This document shows positions 1 to 9,715 of a stretch of DNA of 13,993 nt, in pieces. A model generated the notes under the pieces. That model searched no databases. It was not told the DNA's origin and worked only from the letters and a program-made list of their open reading frames with translations. How positions within the stretch are numbered: position 1 is the first letter of the stretch; every line of letters begins with the position of its first letter. The position numbers were made by a program, and so were the translations under genes. This DNA is from a bacterium (lineage in GTDB: Bacteria; UBA10199; 2-02-FULL-44-16; DYJF01). The DNA lies in contig JBGSNL010000072.1 in assembly GCA_041739675.1 (NCBI GenBank), forward strand, positions 1 to 13,993, given 5' to 3'.

Positions 1-1
1 C

Positions 2-208
2 GAGGCCCAGTTTTCCAGAGCGATGAAGGGAAAAAATCCGCCCGCTGTGTGCGCTTGAAAGTTCGTCGGCTATTTTGCCCGTTCCGTCCGGAGAATTGTC
101 ATCTATCACTAGTATGTGAACGTCGGGCGCTCTCTTGAGTATTTGCTCGCAGAGCAGCCCCAGATTCTCGCGCTCATTATATGTCGGCAAGATGACAAGC
201 GTTCTCAT
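2..208 (-). CDS. Glycosyltransferase family 2, polyprenol monophosphomannose synthase (DPM1-like), N-terminal part; runs off the window
   Basis: Manual translation from ATG at 208 (GGAGG SD at 212-216): MRTLVILPTYNERENL...HILVIDDNSPDGTG, the typical GT2 PTYNE and DDxSxDGT motifs. Not in the ORF track because it is truncated. Confidence 0.88.
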   Translation of the reverse strand, partial: MRTLVILPTYNERENLGLLCEQILKRAPDVHILVIDDNSPDGTGKIADELSSAHSGRIFSLHRSGKLGL

Positions 209-224
209 GGGCCTCCTGCAGGTA

Positions 225-788
225 TTACTTGGATACGCGCTCGAGATATTCCTCTGTCTCCGTGTCGACACGGATTACGTCGCCCACTTCGACGAACGGC
301 GGAACCTGAACGACGAGGCCGGTTTCAGTCGTGACCTTCTTGTACTGCGCGGATGCGGTCGCCCTCTTCATCGACGCGTCGGCCTGCACTACTTTGAGTT
401 CGACGGTTTTGGGGACTTCGATGCCGACCGCGTTTCCGTCGTGGAAGGTCACCTCGGCCACGGTGTTGGGAAGCAGATATTTGATGGCGTCGCCCAAAAG
501 ATCGTGAGGCAACTCGACCTGCTCGAAATTTTCCTGATTCATGAAGTGATAGACATCTCCGTCGTCATAGAGATATTCCATCTTGTGTTTTTCAAGATAG
601 GCCACCTCCACCTCTTCGGTCGCACGAAACCTGTTTTCAAATTGCACGCCGGTCTTCAAATTGCGCATCTTCGCCTGCACCATTGCGCGCAGGTTTCCGG
701 GCGTCAAGTGAGTGACGCTCATGACGCGGCATAGATCGCCGTTGTACATGATGATGGTGCCGGGTCTTATCCTATTCGCCTGAGCCAT
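225..788 (-). CDS. efp: Elongation factor P (Asn-tip PGNLR variant)
   Basis: 187 aa with EF-P hallmarks: MEYLYDDGDVYHFMNQENFEQ, TETGLVVQVPPFVEVGDVIRVDT...YLER. GGGAGG SD upstream. Confidence 0.97.
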   Translation of the reverse strand: MAQANRIRPGTIIMYNGDLCRVMSVTHLTPGNLRAMVQAKMRNLKTGVQFENRFRATEEVEVAYLEKHKMEYLYDDGDVYHFMNQENFEQVELPHDLLGDAIKYLLPNTVAEVTFHDGNAVGIEVPKTVELKVVQADASMKRATASAQYKKVTTETGLVVQVPPFVEVGDVIRVDTETEEYLERVSK

Positions 789-797
789 TTTTCCTCC

Positions 798-3413
798 CTA
801 ACCTTTCAAGTGCTCTCTTATGAATTCGTGGATATTGTTTATCACTTCCTTATATTTTGACGTGTCGGTTCCGCCTCCCTGCGCGAAATCGGGCCTTCCC
901 CCACCTTTCCCACCGACCGATTCCGAGAGCTTCTGCACGATCTTTCCGGCGTGGACCTTCGATGTCAGGTCCTTTGAGACCACTGCAACCAGCGCCACCT
1001 TGTCGTCTATTACGCTTCCCATCACGACAACGCCGCTCTTTATCCTGTCTCTGTAATTCTCCGCCCATTCTCCAAGTATCTGCCTATCCGGAGCGTTCAC
1101 ATCGGCCGCAAGAACGCTGATGCCCTCGATATTGCAAACCTTGTCCATCAGATCCTTGCCCGCACCGGAGGAGCCGCTTCTGGCCTGTTTCAAATCTTTT
1201 TCCAGTTTGGAAACCTGATCGGCGAGCCTCTTCACTTTTTCAAGGAGTTCGGAGGGCTGCACTTTGATGACCTTTGCTATCTCTTCGCGCTCGAGCTCCA
1301 GATCCTCGACATACTGCTGGGCTCCGCTTCCCGTAACCCCTTCTATGCGGCGCACGCCGGCGGCGACCGAAGACTCGGAAATGATCTTGAGCATCCCGAT
1401 CTCGCCGGTGGCCTTCACGTGTGTTCCACCGCAGAGCTCGCGCGAAAATCCCGACACGTCGATCATGCGAACGTTCTCGCCGTATTTTTCGCCGAAAAAT
1501 GCGAGCGCACCCTGCGCCACCGCTTCATCATATGAAAGCTCATGGGTGATCACCTGGTAATTGTGCCTTATCGATTCATTGACGAGTCTTTCAACTTCGG
1601 AGAGCTCCTCTGGGGTCATCGCCTGGAAATGCGAAAAATCGAAACGGAACCTGTCAGGCTCGACCAACGAACCCGACTGTTTCACGTGCTCGCCCAGAAC
1701 TTCGCGGAGCGCCTTATGCAAAAGATGGGTTGCCGTATGGTTACAGCGAATGTCCTGCCTGCGGTCGCTGTCGATCGCAAATGTCAATACATCACCCTCG
1801 CGAAGCTTTCCCTTCTTCACAACTCCGTGATGGACGATGAGTTCGGGCACCGGCTTTTTCGTATCCTTGATTTCAATTTCCACGCCTTCCCTGACGGCAA
1901 GACCAACATCGCCCACCTGTCCGCCCGACTCGCCGTAAAAGGGTGTGCGATCCGCAACGATTTCAACCGTGTCGCCACCGGCAGCATCACTCACGCGTTT
2001 GTCTTTTTTGAATATTGCGACGATCTTTCCTTCAGCGCTCTCCTGCTTATATCCAAGGAATGCCGTCTTCACGCCTGATGAGACGAGGTCCTTATATATC
2101 GCCGACACCTTCTCCTCGCCCGTGCCCTTCCAGCTTGCGCGGGCGCGTTCGCGCTGCTCGTCCATCAATTTTTCAAACCCGTCGGAATCGATTTTGAACC
2201 CCTGCTCGGCGGAGATAATCTCCGTCAAGTCCCTGGGAAAACCGTACGTATCGTACAGCTTGAAAACAACGTTACCCGGCAGGATTTTCGTTTTCTTATG
2301 TTCTCCAAAACTCGCCTGCAGAATTTCCAATCCTTTATCCAGCGTCTGGTAAAATCTCTCTTCCTCCGCCGAAATAACTTTCTCGATGAAATGCTGATGC
2401 TGCACAAGTTCCGGATATGCCCCGCCCATCTCGTCGACTACGACGTGCGCGATTTTCGAGAAGAACGGCGCGTCCTGGCCCAGTTTTTTCCCGTATCTTA
2501 TAGCGCGGCGCATGATGCGGCGAAGGACATATCCGCGCCCCTCGTTTGAAGGCGTAACACCGTCCGCAATGAGAAAGGCACTTCCCCTGATGTGATCGGC
2601 GATCACGCGAAGGGCGACGTCGTCGTCCGCACTCACGCCCTGCTTGTGTTTTGTGACGCTCTCAATCTTTGAAATGATCGGGGCGAAAAGATCGGTCTCC
2701 CAGTTGCTGCGTTTTCCTTCGACGACCGCCGCGAGCCTTTCAAGCCCCATCCCGGTATCGATGCAGGGCTTGGCAAGGGGAGTCATCTTCCCCTTCTCAT
2801 CACGATTGAACTGCATGAAGACGAGATTCCATATCTCCATGAAACGGTCCGAATCGAAATCTTCTTTTTTAACGGGCCCGCTTCCGAAATCCCACAGGAT
2901 CTCCGAGCAAGGACCGCACGGACCGGTATCGCCCATCGCCCAGAAGTTGTCTTTTTCTCCCAGACGATAAATTCGGTCCTTTGAAACGTGTTTCAGCCAG
3001 AGCTTTTCCGCTTCGTCGTCGTTTTCAAAGACCGTGACGTACATCCGCTCTTTCTTTAGGCCTATGGTCTTTGTCAGAAAATCCCACGCGAATTCGATTG
3101 CGCCCTCTTTGAAATAATCCCCGAACGAGAAGTTGCCCAGCATCTCGAAGAAAGTGTGATGGCGCGGCGTGTGGCCGACGTTTTCCAGATCGTTATGCTT
3201 TCCGGAGACGCGCATGCACTTCTGCGAGGTCGTGGCGCGCTTGCAATCGCGCTTCTCCAGGCCCAAAAAGACGTCCTTGAACTGGACCATGCCCGCGTTT
3301 GTGAAAAAGAGGGTGGGATCGTTCGCGGGCACAAGAGAGCTGCTCTTGACGCGCGCGTGCCCGTTCTTCTCAAAAAAGCTTAAGAATTTTTCGCGGAGCT
3401 CGGATGATTTCAT
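798..3413 (-). CDS. alaS: Alanine--tRNA ligase
   Basis: 871 aa with [43 protein letters not shown], editing motifs HTATHLL and ELCGGTHV, and C-terminal [14 protein letters not shown]. Start overlaps the recA stop (ATGA). Confidence 0.99.
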   Translation of the reverse strand: MKSSELREKFLSFFEKNGHARVKSSSLVPANDPTLFFTNAGMVQFKDVFLGLEKRDCKRATTSQKCMRVSGKHNDLENVGHTPRHHTFFEMLGNFSFGDYFKEGAIEFAWDFLTKTIGLKKERMYVTVFENDDEAEKLWLKHVSKDRIYRLGEKDNFWAMGDTGPCGPCSEILWDFGSGPVKKEDFDSDRFMEIWNLVFMQFNRDEKGKMTPLAKPCIDTGMGLERLAAVVEGKRSNWETDLFAPIISKIESVTKHKQGVSADDDVALRVIADHIRGSAFLIADGVTPSNEGRGYVLRRIMRRAIRYGKKLGQDAPFFSKIAHVVVDEMGGAYPELVQHQHFIEKVISAEEERFYQTLDKGLEILQASFGEHKKTKILPGNVVFKLYDTYGFPRDLTEIISAEQGFKIDSDGFEKLMDEQRERARASWKGTGEEKVSAIYKDLVSSGVKTAFLGYKQESAEGKIVAIFKKDKRVSDAAGGDTVEIVADRTPFYGESGGQVGDVGLAVREGVEIEIKDTKKPVPELIVHHGVVKKGKLREGDVLTFAIDSDRRQDIRCNHTATHLLHKALREVLGEHVKQSGSLVEPDRFRFDFSHFQAMTPEELSEVERLVNESIRHNYQVITHELSYDEAVAQGALAFFGEKYGENVRMIDVSGFSRELCGGTHVKATGEIGMLKIISESSVAAGVRRIEGVTGSGAQQYVEDLELEREEIAKVIKVQPSELLEKVKRLADQVSKLEKDLKQARSGSSGAGKDLMDKVCNIEGISVLAADVNAPDRQILGEWAENYRDRIKSGVVVMGSVIDDKVALVAVVSKDLTSKVHAGKIVQKLSESVGGKGGGRPDFAQGGGTDTSKYKEVINNIHEFIREHLKG

Positions 3414-4516
3414 TTACTGGCCGGCTTCTTCTCGGCTTTCGTCTCGCCTTTCGCCGTCTCTTTTTCCTCTGACGGAGGCGTCTTTGTCACCTGGCTTCTC
3501 GTAACGCCGAATTTGTCGCATACCGCCTTGAGAACTGAATTATATATTTTTTCATTATCCTTAAGGAAAAGACGAGCGTTGTCCCTGCCCTGCCCTATGC
3601 GCTCATCGCCAAACGTGTACCACGCGCCGCTCTTTTCCACGATCCCAACAGTTGAGGCCAGATCCAGAACGTCGCCCTCGCGCGAGATTCCCTCGCCGTA
3701 GAGGATGTCGAACTCCGCCTGTTTGAACGGCGGCGCCACCTTGTTCTTCACGACCTTCACGCGCGTGCGCGAACCCACGATGTCTTCGCCCATCTTGATG
3801 GGCCCGATGCGCCTGATATCAAGTCTGATCGTCGAATAGAATTTCAGCGCGTTGCCGCCTGTGGTCGTCTCCGGGTTTCCGAACATCACGCCAAGCTTCA
3901 TGCGAATCTGGTTGATGAATATGACAAGGGTCTTCGACCTTGCGATCGTTGATGTGAGTTTTCTGAGCGCCTGGCTCATGAGACGCGCCTGAGCGCCCAT
4001 CGTTGCATCGCCCATTTCACCTTCAAGCTCGGAGCGCGGAACGAGCGCCGCGACCGAATCCACCACGACTACGTCGCACGCGCCGGACCTCACCAGCGTT
4101 TCAGCGATCTCAAGCGCCTGCTCGCCGCTGTCGGGCTGGCTGATAAGGAGATCTTCCGTCCTGACACCAAGCTTTCTTGCGTAATCTACATCGAGGGCAT
4201 GCTCCGCGTCGATGAACGCGGCGATGCCGCCTTTGCGCTGCGCCTCCGAAATGATCTGAATCGAAAGTGTAGTCTTGCCCGAAGATTCCGGGCCGAAAAT
4301 TTCGACAACGCGCCCGCGGGGAAGCCCACCGACGCCAATTGCTATATCCAAAGAGATCGAGCCGGTAGAAATGGTATCGAGTCCCTGCACAAGCGGCTGA
4401 TCCTTTCCAAGCCGCATGATCGAACCTTTTCCGAACTGCTTTTCGATCGCCGTTACGGCGAGCCCTAATGCCTTCTCTCTGTTTTCCACGTTCGGATTTG
4501 GGGTGGTGGGTTGCAT
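3410..4516 (-). CDS. recA: Recombinase RecA
   Basis: 368 aa with [67 protein letters not shown] upstream. Confidence 0.99.
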   Translation of the reverse strand: MQPTTPNPNVENREKALGLAVTAIEKQFGKGSIMRLGKDQPLVQGLDTISTGSISLDIAIGVGGLPRGRVVEIFGPESSGKTTLSIQIISEAQRKGGIAAFIDAEHALDVDYARKLGVRTEDLLISQPDSGEQALEIAETLVRSGACDVVVVDSVAALVPRSELEGEMGDATMGAQARLMSQALRKLTSTIARSKTLVIFINQIRMKLGVMFGNPETTTGGNALKFYSTIRLDIRRIGPIKMGEDIVGSRTRVKVVKNKVAPPFKQAEFDILYGEGISREGDVLDLASTVGIVEKSGAWYTFGDERIGQGRDNARLFLKDNEKIYNSVLKAVCDKFGVTRSQVTKTPPSEEKETAKGETKAEKKPASK

Positions 4517-4554
4517 GGTGCCTCCTTAAAACGGTTAAAGTTTGAATTCTGAAA

Positions 4555-5139
4555 CTATTGCTTATTCCCGCCCCCCAACGGAAATACGCGAAGAGGAGTA
4601 TAAATCGGCCCCTCCCTTGTCAACACGCTTTTGTAGAGCGTGAGATGATCGACGTCGAACTCGCCAAACTCGCGATCCACCAGCTTTTCCACGAGCGTCA
4701 CGAGAGTGGAACAATTCTTCAAAGGCGCCTTTGCTCTGCCCAGTGTGAGATGCAGTCGAAACGTCCTGTCGTCCTTCTTCAGACCGTACGGTTCGAAAAC
4801 AGTTTCCAATCTTTCGTGAAGCGCAATTGCCGCCTCAACTTCGCCTGTCAGGCCCGCCCAGATCACCCGCGGATAGCGCCAGTTGGGAAAAACACCGACG
4901 CCCACACCTTTGAGATGTATGGGCGATTGGTGGGTCAGCGTCTCTTCAATCACGCGGGAGATATCTCCCGTCAGAAAATCCTCGTCGACCTCTCCGAAAA
5001 ACTTCATCGTGCAGTGCATGAGATCGGGCTTCACCCATTTGACTTCCTTCGCCTTGGGCGAGAGGAGGCCGATGAGCTGCCCCAGCTCCTGCCTGACTTC
5101 GTCGGTTAGATCGAATGCCAGAAATGATCTGATCTTCAT
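4555..5139 (-). CDS. thpR: RNA 2',3'-cyclic phosphodiesterase (2H phosphoesterase, LigT/ThpR)
   Basis: Two HxT motifs (HCTMKF, HLTLGR), N-terminal RSFLA, PRVIWAG and LYKSVLTREGPIY. Canonical position between cinA and recA. Confidence 0.95.
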   Translation of the reverse strand: MKIRSFLAFDLTDEVRQELGQLIGLLSPKAKEVKWVKPDLMHCTMKFFGEVDEDFLTGDISRVIEETLTHQSPIHLKGVGVGVFPNWRYPRVIWAGLTGEVEAAIALHERLETVFEPYGLKKDDRTFRLHLTLGRAKAPLKNCSTLVTLVEKLVDREFGEFDVDHLTLYKSVLTREGPIYTPLRVFPLGGGNKQ

Positions 5140-6365
5140 AATGACAATAAATACTTTCTCACCATATTGACCGCGGTCGCGGCGAACATGAGCTTCAACC
5201 GCTCGCGGTCGCCTGCGAAACTATATTCAAACGCCTCCGTTTTTTCAGGAGTTGCGATCGCCATGTGAACCGTGCCGACTGGCTTTTCAGGAGTTCCGCC
5301 TCCCGGACCGGCTATACCCGTAGTTGCAATGCCGATTGCGGCGCCGGAAAGTTTTCTCACCCCTTCTGCCATCGCCATCGCGCACTCTCTTGAAACCGCC
5401 CCGTTCGCACGAAGCGTCTCCATCGAAACGCCCAACAGATCCTGCTTTGCCTGATTCGAATACGAGACGATCCCGCGCTCGAAACAATCCGACGAGCCGG
5501 GCACGTCGGTGAAAAGACTTGCGATCAATCCGCCCGTGCACGATTCCGCAACGGCGATCATCATCTTTTTCTCGCGAAGCATGCGGCTTACGACTTCCGC
5601 GAGGCTCGTCTCCCCTTCTCCGTACACGACGTGGCCCAGACGCTCCTTTATCGCGGCGGCTGCCTGTTCTACCGCGCGGCAGGCATCGGCGTGAGCATCC
5701 GCCCGCGACACGAGCTTCAAAAGTATCTCGGGAAATTTTACGCGAAAGCTTAAGCGCGCGCCGAAGAGATTAACCCCCTGCAGCTTTTCGTCGATCGCCG
5801 CTTCCGGCAGGCCGAAACATCTGAGAACGTGCGATTCGCATGCGCCCGTTACATGTTTCTTGAGCCACGGAAACACCGAGTCGTCGAATATCTGATAAAG
5901 TTCGCGTGGAACTCCAGGAAGGAAAAAACACTCTGCCCTTCCAAGTTTCACCTGAATGCCAGGCGCCGTTCCCACTTTGTTGGCCAGCGCCTTTCCGCCC
6001 TCCGGGATCATCGCCTGCTTTTCGTTTGTTTTGGCCATCGGGCGGCCGACACGCTCGAAGAAACTCTTGATTTCCGAAAGAACGTCTTCATCGAGGATAA
6101 GTTTTTTATCGAACGCTTTTGCCGCAGCTTCAACCGTTATGTCATCGACCGTTGGGCCCAGACCTCCGCTCACGATTATGCAATCGGCGCGGTTTGCGGA
6201 AAGCTTCAAAGCATCCGCGATCGCTTTCTCGTCGTCGCCGACGGTGATGTGTGAGGTGACTTCGTGCCCCAGCATCTGACATTTTTCAGATATCCAGGCG
6301 GAATTGGTATCAACAATTATTCCCTGCAGAATTTCGTCGCCAGTTGTCAGAATCTCAATCTTCAT
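5136..6365 (-). CDS. cinA: Competence/damage-inducible protein CinA (MocF-like domain + PncC NMN deamidase)
   Basis: GDEILQGIIVDTNS, SGGLGPTVDDIT, LPGVPRE, AVAESCTGGL, SYSNQAK, TTGIAGPGGGTPEKPVGTV. Confidence 0.97.
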   Translation of the reverse strand: MKIEILTTGDEILQGIIVDTNSAWISEKCQMLGHEVTSHITVGDDEKAIADALKLSANRADCIIVSGGLGPTVDDITVEAAAKAFDKKLILDEDVLSEIKSFFERVGRPMAKTNEKQAMIPEGGKALANKVGTAPGIQVKLGRAECFFLPGVPRELYQIFDDSVFPWLKKHVTGACESHVLRCFGLPEAAIDEKLQGVNLFGARLSFRVKFPEILLKLVSRADAHADACRAVEQAAAAIKERLGHVVYGEGETSLAEVVSRMLREKKMMIAVAESCTGGLIASLFTDVPGSSDCFERGIVSYSNQAKQDLLGVSMETLRANGAVSRECAMAMAEGVRKLSGAAIGIATTGIAGPGGGTPEKPVGTVHMAIATPEKTEAFEYSFAGDRERLKLMFAATAVNMVRKYLLSL

Positions 6366-6373
6366 TCTATTTA

Positions 6374-6433
6374 TGTCATCCTGAGCCGCAGGCGAAGGAT
6401 CCCATGGGATTCTTCGCTTCGCTCAGAATGACA
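6374..6433. repeat. 60-bp REP-like palindromic element between pgpA and cinA
   Basis: Outer arms TGTCATCCTGAGC (6374-6386) / GCTCAGAATGACA (6421-6433). Inner arms GCGAAGGATCCCA / TGGGATTCTTCGC (6392-6417). The mismatches are G:U-compatible on one strand. Confidence 0.85.
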
Positions 6434-6439
6434 ACCAGT

Positions 6440-6898
6440 TTACCCCTTCGGCAGTGCGAGCCCAATAAAGCACAGCGCGATATTGGCATATATACCCGCT
6501 CCGACGTCATCCAGAACAATTCCCCATCCGCTCAAGAAACGGCGCTCGATCCAGCGGATAGGAAACGGTTTCACAATATCGAAAACGCGAAACAGGACAA
6601 AACCGGCAAGGAGCATCCAGATGTCCGATTTGTGAAAGGCCATGGTAACCAGAAAACCCGCCACCTCGTCGATCACAACCTCCTGAGGGTCCTGCTCGCT
6701 GTAAACAGCTTGAGCTTTTGTCGCCACCCATGACGCCATGAAAATGAACGCAATTACCGTTGCGGCGTACAAAAGCGGCGTAAGCGGTTCGATCAGCAGA
6801 TATAAAAGAACACCGACGACCGTGCCGGCCGTCCCCGGCGCAACGGGCACTTTCCCAACATAGCATCCGGTTGCCAAAAAGGTGATGATCTGGCGCAT
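6440..6898 (-). CDS. pgpA: Phosphatidylglycerophosphatase A
   Basis: APGTAGT, DPQEVVIDEVAG, FVLFRVFDIVKPFPI, GIVLDDVGAGIYA; hydrophobic overall. Confidence 0.96.
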   Translation of the reverse strand: MRQIITFLATGCYVGKVPVAPGTAGTVVGVLLYLLIEPLTPLLYAATVIAFIFMASWVATKAQAVYSEQDPQEVVIDEVAGFLVTMAFHKSDIWMLLAGFVLFRVFDIVKPFPIRWIERRFLSGWGIVLDDVGAGIYANIALCFIGLALPKG

Positions 6899-6997
6899 GG
6901 TCGCGGCAAACTATCACCCGTCTGCCCAAAAAACAAGTATTTCAATATGTATGCCAACGAAATCCCAAGGAAAATCAAGCATCAGCCCCGAACCGGG

Positions 6998-7034
6998 TGT
7001 CCGATTTTCGTGCAATGTGCATGAAATTCGAGCA
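6998..7034. promoter_or_regulatory. Two tandem imperfect 17-bp palindromes (20-bp period), candidate transcription factor/bEBP binding sites
   Basis: TGTCCGATTTTCGTGCA (6998-7014) and TGCATGAAATTCGAGCA (7018-7034) resemble the NtrC-type TGCAC-N7-GTGCA shape. Confidence 0.4.
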
Positions 7035-7058
7035 ACTTTCGCCGATTTTTGCCGATAA
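7032..7058 (+). promoter_or_regulatory. sigma28 (FliA)-like promoter of the 828-aa orphan
   Basis: Exact GCCGATAA -10 element at 7051-7058, with GCAACTTT at 7032-7039 in the -35 position (consensus TAAAGTTT-N11-GCCGATAA). Confidence 0.65.
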
Positions 7059-7094
7059 TAAATGAGGGGGGCACTCTATTATTGGGGATAGAAA

Positions 7095-9581
7095 GTGCCT
7101 GATTTCGTTCCAAGAGTCGGACAGTCAAATCCAGCTGAAGTTTCCACTTCGGCAGGACCTGAAGTTGCACCCTCCGGCGCGGCCCAAGATCCGTCCAGCC
7201 AAGGCACTTCCCAGACAACGGGAATTTCAACGTACACGCAGGTCGGGCCGGGCACAACACGCACAATGCCCCTCGATCAGCTCAGACGCATAATCGACGG
7301 GTCGCTTGGAAGCGCACAGCCGATGCCGGCCGAGAGGGCCCATACCGCGGCAATCGGAGCGATTGAAGCGCTCTCCGCAGTCCGCGGCGACGGCTGGGTT
7401 CGCCCCCCTATCGCACAATATTATCTCGATCAGTTTGTTAAGGGCGGCTGGGAGGCATACGCCAAGGCTCTGGAAGAGTCCTACAGCGTCTACCGGAACG
7501 CGGCGTCGGAGGAAAAAAGCCGGCTCTATCGCGAGCTTTCATACATCGTCGAGAGAAAAAATCATCCTCTCAATCAGAGGGGACGGTGGCAATACGAGAA
7601 TTTCTCCTACTGGATCGATGAGGCCTTGAACGCAAGACGTCCGGTCCCCGGCGGTCTCATCGACATCACGCTGCAAAACGCCAGTGGAGAGGTGAGAACG
7701 ATATATTACATTTCGGATCTGCACGGAAACAGCGAGGGACTGCGCGTTCTTCTGAAAATGCCGACGGCGAACGGCGAAACGCTTCTCGAAGCCATGTACG
7801 CCGACAGGGCGATCCTGGTGATAGGAGGCGACAGCTGGCTGCCGATGGCAGGCGACGAGCGCGCGATCAGAAAAGGCACGGTTACCAACGACGCGCTGAA
7901 TCTTCTCTCCTCCGAGCTGAGGGGCAACTTGGTGAGGCTCGAAGGCAATCATGACCCATGGATGAGAGTCTTGGATTTTCTCACGGGAGGAGACCGGAAA
8001 GAAAACATTAGACAGTATGTTTTGCAATCAAGGGGCATCGAAGGCCTCTGGGTTCAGCAGGAGGTCTCGGAAAGGCTTCCGCGACTCGTACGCATTTTCG
8101 ATGCCAGGGAGGTCGTGGCGCTGGGCGGACACACACCGGTCGCGAATTTGAGCGTACAGGATATAATACTTTCGCCGATAGACCCGCGCTATGACCGGCC
8201 GTTGACGTACGGCCGCCTGGACGCCGGCTACCTGGATCGATATGCGGACATGTCAAGAATGAGACTCAGCGCGGATAACGCGGTCATACTCGCCGGCCAT
8301 GTCCATCCGGCATACTCGCCCTCCGCATTCAGGCCCTCCGATCGCATAGCTGGAGCGGTCTGCGTACAGGCATACAAATCGAGCATCAGCGGGGTCACGA
8401 TTGAAAAAGCGAGCCCCGTCACCGTCAAAGTTCAAACCTACGTCGGAAAAGAATCGACGGACATCACAGGACAAGATCTCAGGGCCGAGCTTCTTGCGCA
8501 GCAGGGAGGCCACAGGGCGCGTATTCGCGGCAGCAGGCCGTTTCATTATTATGAAATGCCGGGGCCGGTCGAACCCATGTGCACGGATGGATATTACTCG
8601 GATATGTTCACCGGCTTCGGACCGGGCGAACCTTATTACACCGATCACAGGGTAGGCGCAATGTACGGACCTTCGAGTCCGACGGCGGAAGCCGTGTTGC
8701 CGCTGCCGGCAGCTCCCGCCGACGAGGCTCCGCGGCAAAGCGAGAAAGCACAGGCAGAGTCCACTCCCGCCACGGAACGACAACGCGGCGTGCTCGAAAT
8801 GGAGGTCCCGCACGGACTTACATTCGGCGTAGTCGGAGTTGGTGCAGATCATCTTATCGCCCAAATTTATAGGAATGCGACGGGCGGTCCCATGCCTCCA
8901 ATCGCAAGAAGCACGACCAGCATGGGAGTATTCTACGGCCTGACTATTTGGGAGGCGACTGCAAGGGGCGTAAGCGTTGCCGCCGCGACGCTCGACTTCA
9001 TGAAAAGCACTCCCGCCGTAATGATAGCTATCCCTTTCATTGCCGAACCCACAGCGGGAATCGTGCACGACATGAGAACCGCAGGCCTCTTACCGGTAAG
9101 CAACGATGGCGAGGCCCTCATCGATTCTCTTCTCACAGCCGGAGGCATCGTGTTGACGTTCGGCGCGGAAGTCGCGCCGCGCGTGACCGTGGGTCAAATC
9201 ACTGCCGAAGCCGGCTTTGCATGGGGCGGGCCCATTGGAGCAACAGCCGCCTACGTTGTCGGCACAAGTTTGGAGAGCTCATACACAGGGACCCGCGGTC
9301 TCATTGAATACGGACCGGACTTCCTTCTACCGCAGGGTTACACGTGGTCGGCTTCTGCTACGGCATCTGATGTCGGCGAGACTTTGGTGGCAGCCGGTGA
9401 GGAACTGGTCGACGCCACAGTCGCAAAGGCAAAGGAACTCGGCCGAGGATACGTCAATGCAATGAACTCCTTCGTCAACGGCGTGAACAACATGAATCCC
9501 GAAGGCACCGAATGGTGCGACCCGACAAGCCTGGACTGCATCGGCGGAACATTTGAAGTCGCCTGGGACTGGATATTCTGA
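7095..9581 (+). CDS. Orphan multidomain protein: disordered N-terminus, calcineurin-like metallophosphoesterase domain, hydrophobic Gly/Ala-rich C-terminal region
   Basis: 828-aa ORF with GTG start after GGGGA. Motifs in the correct order: ISDLHGN, IGGDSW, EGNHD, GGH, AGHVH. Several hydrophobic segments in the last ~250 aa. Confidence 0.75.
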   Translation: MPDFVPRVGQSNPAEVSTSAGPEVAPSGAAQDPSSQGTSQTTGISTYTQVGPGTTRTMPLDQLRRIIDGSLGSAQPMPAERAHTAAIGAIEALSAVRGDGWVRPPIAQYYLDQFVKGGWEAYAKALEESYSVYRNAASEEKSRLYRELSYIVERKNHPLNQRGRWQYENFSYWIDEALNARRPVPGGLIDITLQNASGEVRTIYYISDLHGNSEGLRVLLKMPTANGETLLEAMYADRAILVIGGDSWLPMAGDERAIRKGTVTNDALNLLSSELRGNLVRLEGNHDPWMRVLDFLTGGDRKENIRQYVLQSRGIEGLWVQQEVSERLPRLVRIFDAREVVALGGHTPVANLSVQDIILSPIDPRYDRPLTYGRLDAGYLDRYADMSRMRLSADNAVILAGHVHPAYSPSAFRPSDRIAGAVCVQAYKSSISGVTIEKASPVTVKVQTYVGKESTDITGQDLRAELLAQQGGHRARIRGSRPFHYYEMPGPVEPMCTDGYYSDMFTGFGPGEPYYTDHRVGAMYGPSSPTAEAVLPLPAAPADEAPRQSEKAQAESTPATERQRGVLEMEVPHGLTFGVVGVGADHLIAQIYRNATGGPMPPIARSTTSMGVFYGLTIWEATARGVSVAAATLDFMKSTPAVMIAIPFIAEPTAGIVHDMRTAGLLPVSNDGEALIDSLLTAGGIVLTFGAEVAPRVTVGQITAEAGFAWGGPIGATAAYVVGTSLESSYTGTRGLIEYGPDFLLPQGYTWSASATASDVGETLVAAGEELVDATVAKAKELGRGYVNAMNSFVNGVNNMNPEGTEWCDPTSLDCIGGTFEVAWDWIF

Positions 9582-9653
9582 TCAGACCAATTACCATGTA
9601 AATACAGGTAGTTACGCTGCCAAAGTATTTACAGCCGCGATACAAAGAAATCC

Positions 9654-9681
9654 GCAACTCTTCCATCCTTAAAGCCGATAA
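9654..9681 (+). promoter_or_regulatory. sigma28 (FliA)-like promoter of the Pro-rich orphan
   Basis: Exact GCCGATAA at 9674-9681 preceded by GCAACT at 9654-9659, the same motif pair found upstream of the 7095 gene. Confidence 0.65.
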
Positions 9682-9715
9682 CAATAGTGGCGGGGTAATG
9701 ACTTGGGGGTCATTA

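Noticed and set aside
135..734. 199-aa plus-strand ORF, plus similar antisense ORFs over alaS, recA, thpR, cinA and the 828-aa gene (e.g. 1542..2078, 4558..5109, 8253..9068)
   Set aside because: They are shadow frames opposite better-supported genes and have no recognisable motifs.
6344..6733. 129-aa ORF containing CHPEPQAKDPMGFFASLRMT
   Set aside because: It is a translation of the REP-like palindrome plus antisense pgpA.
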